A stretch of 62,665 nucleotides of DNA, filler included, from Chrysochromulina tobinii (taxonomy: Eukaryota), in assembly GCA_001275005.1 (NCBI GenBank). It is 7 parts of 7 records of this genome, joined end to end, with 100 filler letters (N's around TTAATTAATTAA, not from the genome) between each part and the next. Parts side by side here need not be neighbours in the genome. Positions count along the whole stretch, not along the records: positions 43,914 to 59,326 come from JWZX01001099.1; positions 59,427 to 62,665 come from JWZX01001101.1; 5 more parts are not named here. One strand, given 5' to 3'. Below, one piece after another: positions 53,743 to 62,665 of the stretch. Below the pieces are notes generated by a model. It saw only the letters and a list, made by a program, of their open reading frames with translations, had not been told where the DNA came from and ran no database searches. Position numbers and translations under genes: made by a program. Every line of letters begins with the position of its first letter. The stretch's first letter is position 1.

Positions 53743-56490
53743 TCAGCGGCGATCAGCAGCAACGGCGCCAGCGGCCCAGCCAGCCCTCCTCCGCTTGCCC
53801 GCGCCGCCCTTGCGCGTGGCGCTCGCAACAACACCACCCCTCGATCCCCGGCGCTCGTCACGGCGCTCCGATGGGCCTTGAAGATGGTCAGTCCAATCAC
53901 GAGCTTCGTCACGAGCTGTCCAGTTCGTGGCTTGGAGCGCGCGCACGAGGCTCACACGGGCGTGCCCCTCCGCCCGCTCGCTCTCCTCTCGGAAGAAGCG
54001 TTTCATCCGAGCACTGATCTGCTGCCGACGAGGCGCATCGCCCAGGAGCGCGCGCGTCGTCTCGAGCAGCTGCGCGATCGAGTCGAAGGTGAGTATGTGC
54101 GGCCATGTGTGCGGCTCCGCGAGGGGCAGCCACTCTTTGATCGCGGCCTCACACGCATCATTCGGGTCGTACCTGATGATCAAGAGGGCCACATCCGACG
54201 CATTCAGAGATCTGACGCCATCACAGTGAAGGAACGGTGTGAAGACCCATCATTCAGTCCAACTCGCATCAGCTTGAGCAGCCGTACGAGCAGCCGTACG
54301 AGCAGCCGTACAAGCAGCCGACCCCAGCGTGCAAAGGACAACATGGCACAGAACAACGTTGCTTTTCAATCGCGGGCACACACAGGGCCGGTGGCCTTAC
54401 CGGTGGGCCCAACTCCCGGCGCCAATCACAGGCCATCAGAGAGGCCATCAGAGGCCATCAGAGGCCATCAGAGGCCATCAGAGGCCATCAGAGGCCTTCA
54501 GAGGCCATCAGAGGCCAATCAGAGGCCATCAGAGGCCATCAGAAGCCATCAGAGGCCTTCAGAGGCTAATCAGATGCCAATCAGAGGCCAGCAGAGGCCA
54601 GCAGAGGCCATCAGGCTACGTCAGCGAGCAGCGTACATACAGCCGTCGCTCGGCGACTGGGCGCTGTCCACCGGCGCTGTGAACCACGCATGCTGGTCGT
54701 GTGCGAGCCAGGCCCAACCGTCGAAGGGGACACGCGCCCGTTCGAGAGAGCGTCGCCACGGCACGTTGCCCGGTCCCTTATGCCCCAGGAGGGCCATACT
54801 CCGGTGCCATTGCCCGAGCAGCCGCTGCGAAGGCACCAGCAAGGGGACTCCCATCGCATATGCTTGCACCACACCGTATGAGTGGACGGAGTAGGGCAGC
54901 AAGACGGCGAGCGGGTGGGCGGCGAGGTCGGTGTACCTGTGATCGCAGTGATCGCAGCCTGTGTGAGTGAGGCTATGTGTGACCACATGGGCGTTCACAG
55001 GTCCCTCCATGAGTGTGTGCACACAATGGCAATCAGGAGCTATCACAGGGGCAGTTGGTGAGACAGTTGGTGGCATGCACTCAGGAGCCATCAGGAGCCA
55101 TCAGGAGTCATCAGGAGTCATAAGGAGCCATAAGGAGCCATCAGGAGTCATCAGAAGTCAAGGAGCTCTGAGTGGCAACATGAATGGCAAAGCTTCGAAG
55201 AGGCCAAGAGGCGTCTGAGAGAGAGGTGTCTGCGTCATTACTTGTACCCGCGGTGACCGCCGGAGCCAATTTCGGAAGGCCATCGGAAGTCGACTGTTAC
55301 ATCGGATGCAACCAACGGCGGCCCTCCCGCAAGCGAGGAAGCCATGTTGGGCGCCGAGCTGGCGCGACTTGCGTTGAGGATGGAGCTGGCGATGTGCCCA
55401 ATGGCATGGTTGTACGCGCTGTTGCCGCAGCAGAGTAATGGCTCGCGCCGCTCGCCCGTGTAGTTCACCGTCTCGAGCAGCTGGCGTGCCGTGCCAGGCC
55501 AAGGGACGGGAGTCACGCCGAGGGCGCGGCGGAGGTAGTTGGCGTCGTACGGGTTCGAAGCAGCGAGCACGACCTGGCGAGATAAGGGCGAGGTGAGGGC
55601 GAGATGAAGGGTAGTTGGCGTCGTTACGGGTTCGAAGCAGTAACGACCTTCGGGAGCTCTGCCATCATTGCGAGCGTGCGAAGGGCGGCGGCGGGCATCT
55701 CGTCGAGAAGCCCGGCCTCGCGCAACGCCGCTGCGCCTCGCCCCTTGATACGCCTCCACCGTTGACTCGCCGCGATCGACGCATTGAAGGCGGCGGAGCG
55801 TCCAGAGGGGGAGGGTCGCTGCAGCTCGCTCCAAGAGGCGGCCGGGCGCCCCGAGGTGCCCGGGTCGACGTAGTAGCCCTGCAGGTGATGGTCCCACCGA
55901 TGCGTGAAGCGCATCACGATCGCGACGTTGACGTGCATGAACAGCACACAGGGCCACGTCGGAAAGTTGCACGCGACCACATCTACGTGCGCCTCGAGCA
56001 CCGCGCCAAAGCGGTTGGCGAATTCGCGACGCAAGCCGTCTGAGTAGAGGGCATCACGGCAACGTTTACGCTCGCATTTTGGCAGCACGGTTGCGTCCTT
56101 GTCAGCGTGGACGGCGCCGCGCAGAAAGTCGCGCATTGCCCGCTTCACATTCGGTGGGAAGAGTGGCCGCTTGCGCTTGTGCTGCACAACGTCAACAAAC
56201 GTGCGCTTGTCTGCAGCCTGCGCCATCAACATCGCGTCCATGTTGTCCAAGCTCACATTCATGTGCTGCAGCGTGGCGGTCATGTCGTTTAGCGGCCCGC
56301 TATGACCGTCAAAGAAGAAGATGCGGAGCTGTCCGGCAGTTGCAGCGGTGAGGGCTGGTAAGGCCGCATCAACGGGCGCCGCAAAGCTGGCCGGCGAGCA
56401 CTGGCAGACGTTGCCAAGGCACGGCGTCGGCGGGAGGCATGGGGGTGGCGTCCAACGGACGGCGCGCGAGAGTGCGTCGCCACTATCCAT
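53743..56490 (-). CDS. Hypothetical glycosyltransferase-like protein; exons 56490-55648, 55573-55242, 54936-54637, 54172-53743
   Basis: In-frame GT..AG joins give LPK|VVLAASNPYDANY, GYK|YTDLAAHPLAVLLPYS..QAYAMGVPLLVPS (GT-B-like) and CM|YDPND..WLPLAE..WPHILTFDS. Confidence 0.75.
54428..54613 (-). repeat. Intronic 10-bp satellite (TGATGGCCTC)n in gene sense
   Basis: About 18 GAGGCCATCA-type units on the plus strand, within intron 54173-54636. Confidence 0.95.
55081..55160 (-). repeat. Intronic 10-bp satellite (TG[AG]CTCCTGA)n in gene sense
   Basis: About 8 TCAGGAG[CT]CA units on the plus strand, within intron 54937-55241. Confidence 0.9.
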
Positions 56491-56733
56491 GGGTCCGTGG
56501 GCTCTGCGGTCTTCTTCTCCCACTTTTGATGCGCATTTTGCTCGAAGTTCCACGCATGCAACGAGGTTCGGGAGGGCACCGTTCAGTTGTTTGTGGGCGG
56601 CACTGCGGAAGCGCCCGGAACGACGCCAACTTCTGTTTCGGCCGCAAAGAGGAAAGGCGACGCCGGGCGGCGCGCGCCACACCCGTCGGCTCGCCGCGGC
56701 CTCTGTGACCAGTTCATTGGCCACTTTGCCAAG

Positions 56734-57786
56734 ATGGAGTCTCAAGTCGATCTGCAGACACTGTTGCAAGCTCGGCAGGGCTACCTTTGGAAGCTCGGTG
56801 GGGGGCAGGAGACGGGATCCAAGTGGAACCGCAGATGGTTTGTGCTGCGGGACAATGTGCTCATGTATTTCCAGGCGCCGCGAGATTTTCTCGGCTTTCG
56901 CGACAAGCCCAATGGGGTGGTGCTCCTCGACGAAGCGAACATCCGGCCCCGTGATGAGAAGTCGGCGCGCCCATTCACGTTCGTCTTGTCCCACGCTGGA
57001 GGCGAGAGCGTGGTGCTAGCTGCGGAGAGCGAAAAAGAGATGCACGAGTGGATGCAGGCCGTCAGGACCTCGCGGATGTGCGTCTCCGACCATGCGGCGG
57101 CAGGCATGCTGGAGGAAGCGCGCCGCGACTCCGCCGAAGCGGACCTGGAGAATGCCCGGGCCAAGCGGTCGGACCCGGAGAAGGAGCTCGCGCAGATCGA
57201 GAAGGAGCTCGAGGAAGTGCAGGCCGAGCATCGGCAGCTGGAGGCGGAGAAGGACTCCGCCGAGAAGCAGCTCAAGGAGCTGATGGCACGCTTCAAGCTG
57301 CGCAAGGCGCTGCTGCACTGGCGGCACCGCAAACTGACGCTCTCGTTCCGATCTCTCGTGACCATGGTGTTCCGCACGCGCATCGAGGAGGCGAAGCGTC
57401 TCAAAGGCGACTCCGAGCGCAAGATCGGCATGATGGGAGTGGAGATGCAAAAGATCGTGGCCGACCGCCTAAAGGCGGAGGCGGCGAAGCGCAAGTCGGA
57501 TGAGATGCTCTCCAAGGAGCTCCTCCTCAAAAAGGATGGCGAGATGGAGCTACGGGATGCGCAGCGGCAGCTAGCGGCCGACCAAGAGCGAGCCGAGGCG
57601 GCCGCGCGCCGTGTGGCGGCCCTGCAGGCGCAGGGCGCCGGCGCCACGCTGGGCGTGCGCGAGAAGGACGACGTGCTCAGGCTGATGGAGGAGATGCACG
57701 ACTTGTCGGCGCAGACCGACAAGCTGACGCTCAGTCTGAAGCGCCGCGTGGGCAACTCCGCCGCGGCCGACGCCGTCGCCGAGTAA
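56734..57786 (+). CDS. PH-domain protein with coiled-coil tail
   Basis: RQGYLWKLGG..KWNRRWFVL..LMYF..LAAESEKEMHEWMQAV, then heptad-rich sequence. Confidence 0.92.
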   Translation: MESQVDLQTLLQARQGYLWKLGGGQETGSKWNRRWFVLRDNVLMYFQAPRDFLGFRDKPNGVVLLDEANIRPRDEKSARPFTFVLSHAGGESVVLAAESEKEMHEWMQAVRTSRMCVSDHAAAGMLEEARRDSAEADLENARAKRSDPEKELAQIEKELEEVQAEHRQLEAEKDSAEKQLKELMARFKLRKALLHWRHRKLTLSFRSLVTMVFRTRIEEAKRLKGDSERKIGMMGVEMQKIVADRLKAEAAKRKSDEMLSKELLLKKDGEMELRDAQRQLAADQERAEAAARRVAALQAQGAGATLGVREKDDVLRLMEEMHDLSAQTDKLTLSLKRRVGNSAAADAVAE

Positions 57787-57910
57787 GCGCTTTGTTCGTG
57801 TACTGCATTATATGTTTGTAGCGTGGAACGAGAGGCTCTGATTCCCGCTTCCTACTTCCATCTCGAAAATCTTCACGACACCGCACAGGCTCTTCACACT
57901 TTGCGCGACG

Positions 57911-58864
57911 ATGTCAAGAGCGCACGTGGTCCTGCTGACCCGGCTCGTGACGCTGAGCTACTGCTCGACAGTGACCGCTAGGACATTTACGCTCATCACG
58001 TTCGACGTCGATGGCACTCTCGTCAAAGGCTCGGGACAGGCATCAGATGCCTCCGCGCATGCGAGGGCGTTTGCTCACGCTGTGGGCGCCATCCTCGGCA
58101 ACGGATCGCCCACGCCGCTGCCGGCCGAGGTGATCCCCCGTGAGAGCTACCACGGCAGCACCGATGGCTTGATTTCACTCCGCCTCGCCAAAGTCGTCTT
58201 GGGCGTACAGCCCGACGAGGCGGCACCGCAGCTGCCTGCGATCTTCGAGTCCATGTACCACTACTGTGCTGAGCTCAGCGACGACGAGATGACGCGTGGC
58301 ATTGAGCTACTGCCAGGCGTGCTCGAGACTCTCCGCACGCTCGCCGCACGCGATGACGTGATCTGCGGCCTGGTGACTGGCAACGTCGAAGGAATCGCAC
58401 GCAAGAAGATGCGCGCGGTCGGCATCATGGCGACCGGCGCCCTCGCCCGTGCGGCCGAGGAGCAGACGTGGGCCGGCGAGGACGATTGCGCCTTCTTGGG
58501 CGGGTTCGGCAGCGACTTCTGCAGCGCGGATCTCTCCGATCCGGCACGCAACCATCTCGACAGGGGCGAGCAAATCGCCATCGCGGTGCGTCGCTGTCTC
58601 ACGCTGTTGCCCGAAGGTGCCACGTTGGCGCGTGTCGTGCATGTCGGCGATGCACCGTCCGACATCCTGGCGGCCAAGTATTGCGCCGACGCGGCGCGCG
58701 TGCCGCCTGGGACGATCGTCGGGTGTGTGGGGGTGGCGACGGGCTCGTACACGGCCGAGACGCTCGCCAAGCTGTGCGGAGAGCCGCGCCCAGGGGTGTG
58801 GGAGCCCGTGGTGCTTGAGCGCGGGCTCGCCGATCCGTGCTTCGTGCAAGCGTGTGGCGTGTGA
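57911..58864 (+). CDS. HAD-superfamily hydrolase/phosphatase with N-terminal signal-like peptide
   Basis: Motif I FDVDGTLV, motif II LVTGN, GGFGSD, motif IV VGDAPSD. Confidence 0.92.
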   Translation: MSRAHVVLLTRLVTLSYCSTVTARTFTLITFDVDGTLVKGSGQASDASAHARAFAHAVGAILGNGSPTPLPAEVIPRESYHGSTDGLISLRLAKVVLGVQPDEAAPQLPAIFESMYHYCAELSDDEMTRGIELLPGVLETLRTLAARDDVICGLVTGNVEGIARKKMRAVGIMATGALARAAEEQTWAGEDDCAFLGGFGSDFCSADLSDPARNHLDRGEQIAIAVRRCLTLLPEGATLARVVHVGDAPSDILAAKYCADAARVPPGTIVGCVGVATGSYTAETLAKLCGEPRPGVWEPVVLERGLADPCFVQACGV

Positions 58865-58915
58865 GGAGGATCCGCGATCTTTGTTTCAATAGATTAGCCA
58901 TTGCACCCGACTTCA

Positions 58916-58979
58916 GCGCCTCCGCGATGGCCTACGTTCTGGACTTTGCGCCTCCGCGATGGCCTACGTTCTGGACTTT
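58916..58979. repeat. 2 x 32-bp direct repeat between convergent genes
   Basis: GCGCCTCCGCGATGGCCTACGTTCTGGACTTT at 58916 and 58948. Confidence 0.9.
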
Positions 58980-59053
58980 TAGATATTAGAACCGCCCCGG
59001 CCGTCGCGTCGATGGCTCGAACAGTCTACACCGTACACGTGTCGCCTCTTGGG

Positions 59054-59326
59054 TCAGAAGCTGAGCAAGCCGGCGGCGTCGGATGCGGGCGCCATGGGCG
59101 CGGCGCCCATCTGCTGCAGCGCGCGCACGTATTGGAGCGGCGTGAGGAGCGCAGTGCACCCAAAGCCCACCTCGTCGCCCGCCTCGTGCGCACAGCGCAG
59201 CTCCGCGTGGCTGGCGCCTCCGAGCATGAAGACCATGAGGCGTGGCGGCGCGGCGGGCGCGCGCGTCTTGTCGCCGGCGCCGTCTTGGGCGCCGGCGAGG
59301 AGGCTGACGGCGGCGCCCGCGACGGC
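59054..59326 (-). CDS. SEC1: Sec1/Munc18 (SM) family protein, C-terminal fragment
   Basis: RLMVFMLGGASHAELRCAHE..FGCTALLTP..L matches the SM protein C-terminal signature. Confidence 0.8.
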   Translation of the reverse strand, partial: AVAGAAVSLLAGAQDGAGDKTRAPAAPPRLMVFMLGGASHAELRCAHEAGDEVGFGCTALLTPLQYVRALQQMGAAPMAPASDAAGLLSF

Positions 59327-59426
59327 NNNNNNNNNNNNNNNNNNNNNNNNNNNNNNNNNNNNNNNNNNNNTTAATTAATTAANNNNNNNNNNNNNNNNNN
59401 NNNNNNNNNNNNNNNNNNNNNNNNNN
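59327..59426. other. Artificial contig linker
   Basis: N44-TTAATTAATTAA-N44. Confidence 0.99.
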
Positions 59427-59692
59427 ACTAAAGTCCGAATCCCACATGCGAACACTTCAAGCCCACGAGCATCAGCATGTGTTTAGCAGTTCTCGGTGAA
59501 GTAACGCGCAGGTCACGTCGCGTCGCCCGGCCCGGTGCCGACGGGCGTCTTCATGGCCATCTACCCCATGCCATGCATCTGCCCAGGATGCCGTACCCTC
59601 CCATTCGGGTGCAGTCGGTCGGCATCGATCATTGGCGGTGCCGCATCACTAGTAGACACCCGCAGCCTACCCTCTCAGCCCTCAGGAGATAC

Positions 59693-61182
59693 TCAGGAGA
59701 TGACGCACGCTCGCGACACTTCCTTGGCCTTGTCGCGGGCCAGGCCGCTAACGCGCTCGTTACGGCGCTCGCCGCGCACGGGCAGAGTGTTGGAGCGAGC
59801 CACGAGGCGGTGCTTGACGGAGCCCGTCAAGGGCACCGTCAAGCTCCCGCGGCGCTCGCGGAAGCTTTTCATCGAGCCGAGGCTCCTCATCGAGCCGAAG
59901 CTGGCCATCGAGCCCATGCGCGGCAGTGACGGCACCGCCCTCACCATCGATTGCATGCGGAGGATCATCATGCGCGTCACGCGCCCACGCGCCACGCGCC
60001 CGATGACCGTTGCTGCCTTTCGCCGCAGCTGTGCCTGCCGGCGCGGCTTCACGCCCTTGGCCATCCGGCTGATTATCGCCGCCGCTTTGCGCCGCTTGCG
60101 CATCCTTTGCCACGCGAACTTCCGACGGGCGGCGCTCTGCACCTTGATCGCAGCGATGCGGCAGCGCGCAAGGAAGCGGACGGCAGTGAAACGGCGCAAT
60201 GCAGTTTGGATGCGCAGGGCGCGTCCTTGGCGCAAGTGGAAGCGCGACAGGTGCACTTCAATATCTGCGCGCGAATGGGGGGGTATGGGGGGATGCGGAG
60301 GTGATGAGGGAAGGAGGAGGGGGGAACAACGTGGGAAGGGGGAGTTAGTGCTGTGAGGCCGCGGAACGCGTGTGCTGAGACTGCGTCGTTTGCGCGTCCC
60401 CCCTTTATCCCTCCCCCGCGCCCCGCTTGACGCGCACCATCCCATCGGCGCTCAAGCTCCTCCTCGTCCTCCTCGACATCGTCGATGCTGCCATAGTCGT
60501 CGTCCGACTTGATTGAGATCGTGTCGTCGCTTGCGTTGTCGTCGAGAAGGTCCTGGACATGCACGCGCTTGCCGAACTTGATCTCTCTTGCCAGAAAGGG
60601 CAAGAGCACGTCCTGGCGCGAGAGTACCGAGGTCGACTCGAGAGGCAACCCGCCTGGCAGCAGCGCCGAGCAGCAGTCCATCACGTAGTCAAACTCGCGC
60701 GTCTCGCACGGCACGACGCCGTGGTTCGCTTCGCGCAGAAGGGCAGGCAACTCGTGCAGCGCAACCATCCCTCCCTTGCCCGCCCGCCGATCGAATGCAC
60801 TCGCGACGGCGCAGTACGTTGTGTACGCGGACACGGTGGGCATGATGAGCTCCGCGCACACCGAGCCGTTCGGGTCGCCTCGAAGGTACAAGGAGTACGT
60901 TTTGACCTCGGTTGCGTGGATGAGCAGCTGATCGAGCACGTGGGCAGAGGGCACACCCATCTCCGGCTTCAGATGCTGCAGCAGCTCTGCGAGCTCGTCG
61001 CGCTCAAGGCGGCCACAATTTGGGATGCCAAACTGCTCGATCCACACGGCAACCTGAGCTGCGCGAGCGCGTTGCAGCGCCATGCGCAGAGCCGCCTTGC
61101 GTGCGCGAGCGCGGAAGCCCGCTGCACGACGGGCGGTCACGACGCCAGCGACGCCGACCGCCCCGACAGCCATTGTTGCCAA
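59693..61182 (-). CDS. IQ-motif protein with degenerate EF-hand-like N-terminal region (copy 1); intron 60265-60437; start uncertain
   Basis: IQ-like motifs RIQTALRRF, KVQSAARRK, IGRVARGR; intron joins ERRWD to DIEVHLSRF. Confidence 0.7.
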
Positions 61183-61802
61183 GCAGAGTACGCTGTGCAG
61201 GCTGCAGGGCTTAGGAACCGGCCGCAGGAACCTGTTGCGACGGACGAAGTTGCGACGAATGGTTACTTGTTCGGACGTGCTAAATCTTTAGGAAATGAAT
61301 AAAACATTTCGTGCTTTGTTCCTATCTTCATGTATCTTGCGTCCTCGGTCGGGTACTACCGTTATTGTGCGACGACTGCCGTCCTTCGTTGGTAGGAGGC
61401 TCCTTCGAAGTTCACGATCCCCCCGCGAGCCCGACCCCGAGCGGCCTACGTATAATTCGAAACTCTGTCTTGACTATTGTATTTGTAAGCGTCCTGTCTT
61501 GCTTGAAATGTGCATCGTGTTTCCGCGCGCGCGGCGCGCATGCAACAAGAACACCCCCGTGCAGCACACGATTACCCAAAGTGCAAACTGCCGCGACCAG
61601 TGCTCTGTCACCGCCGAGATCACACCCTCCCCTGTCGCTCGCCCCTCAGGCTCAGTCTTTGCCGACGCCTCGGTCTCCTCCAGGACCAGCTCGCTACATG
61701 TTCATGTACACCTCCCGCCACCCTGCTCTGTGCACCTCTCGAGATCCCCCTTCTAGATCGTCCTCAGCCTACCCTCTCAGCCCTCAGGAGATAGCGAGAT
61801 AC

Positions 61803-62665
61803 TCAGGAGATGACGCACGCTCGCGACACTTCCTTGGCCTTGTCGCGGGCCAGGCCGCTAACGCGCTCGTTACGGCGCTCGCCGCGCACGGGCAAAGTGT
61901 TGGAACGAGCCACGAGGCGGTGCTTGACCGAGCCCGTCAAGTCTGGCACCGTCAAGCTCCCGCGGCGCTCGCGGAAGCTTTTCATCGAGCCGAGGCTTCT
62001 CATCGAGCCGAAGCTGGCCATCGAGCCCATGCGCGGCAGTGACGGCACCGCCATGACCCTTGCCGTGACCATCGACTGCACTCGAAGCATGAGGATGCGC
62101 GTGACACGCCCGCGCGCTACGCGGCCGATGAGGGTGGCCGCCTCGCGCCTCCTTTGCGCCAGCCGGCGCGGCTTCACGCCCTTGGCCATCCGGCTAATAC
62201 GAAGTGAAGCGGTGCGCCGCCGGCGTATCTCGCGCCATGCAGACCACCGACGGGCGGCGCTCTGCAGATGGATGGCGGCGATGCGGCAGCGTGCGAGGAG
62301 GCGGATGGCAGTGAGACGACGGGCGGCGCTCTGCAGACGGATGGCAGCGACGCGGCAGCGTGCGAGGAAGCGGATGGCAGTGAGACGGCGAATGGCACTC
62401 TGAATGCGCAACGAGTGCAATTGGCGCACGTGGAAGCGCGACAGGTGCACTTCAACATCTGCGCGCGAATGGGGGGGTATTGGGGGATGGGGGGGGGGCG
62501 CAGCGATGCACACCACACAGCGTAAGATTAATCAGGCCGTTGAGAGGGGGGAAAGGGACATGCACGCGTGAACACGTGCGCACCATCCCATCGGCGCTCA
62601 AGCTCCTCCTCGTCCTCCTCGACATCGTCGATGCTGCCATAGTCGTCGTCCGACTTGATTGAGAT
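61803..62665 (-). CDS. Tandem paralogue of the IQ-motif protein (copy 2, partial); intron 62459-62583
   Basis: Exons highly similar to 59693-60520; carries one extra IQ unit (LQSAARR x2). Confidence 0.75.

Noticed and set aside
53878..54894. 338-aa plus-strand ORF with AIRGHQRPSE repeats as a protein
   Set aside because: It is the antisense reading of a 10-bp intronic satellite and exons of the minus-strand gene.
9672..59426. Six identical TTAATTAATTAA motifs as a biological repeat, and gene neighbourhoods across them
   Set aside because: Each is centred in exactly 100 nt of N padding and gives six-frame stops; these are artificial joins, so adjacency across them means nothing.
528..62662. 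Hundreds of overlapping and antisense ORFs in the track (e.g. 1509-2597-, 38177-39109+, 56781-57755-)
   Set aside because: Expected shadows of high-GC coding sequence; Arg/Ala/Ser-rich with no recognisable motifs.
1..62665. tRNA, rRNA or other structured ncRNA genes
   Set aside because: None recognised by eye; a covariance-model search would be needed to exclude them.

Overview
This window is not one locus. It is seven contig pieces (1-9671, 9772-18920, 19021-24169, 24270-30438, 30539-43813, 43914-59326, 59427-62665) joined by six artificial 100-nt linkers (N44-TTAATTAATTAA-N44). The DNA is GC-rich, gene-dense and eukaryotic, with short spliceosomal introns, a signal peptide + ASAF plastid presequence and ciliary genes. 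It is most consistent with a haptophyte alga (Chrysochromulina-like; inference). Recognisable genes: a CAP-Gly/filamin/C2 protein, plastid GDT1/TMEM165 transporter, decayed non-LTR reverse transcriptase, 7-repeat beta-propeller membrane protein with a (KHSP)n tail, UDP-glucose/GDP-mannose dehydrogenase, several glycosyltransferase-like proteins, a bacterial-type repeat surface protein, KATNIP, an EF-hand two-pore-domain K+ channel, RSPH14-like, DUF2828/vWA, TMTC, a Cys-less pentameric ligand-gated channel, an SGNH protein, a PH protein, a HAD hydrolase, a Sec1 fragment and a tandem-duplicated IQ protein. The most striking unexplained signal is in the introns. At least four introns in three unrelated genes contain a ~30-40 nt copy of the start of the downstream exon, followed by a short branch-point/3'-splice cassette (one cassette reused nearly verbatim). 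Five introns are filled with sense-oriented 10-bp-period satellites. Together these suggest an active intron-generating or intron-remodelling mechanism. Several single-base frameshifts at homopolymers are probably sequencing errors.
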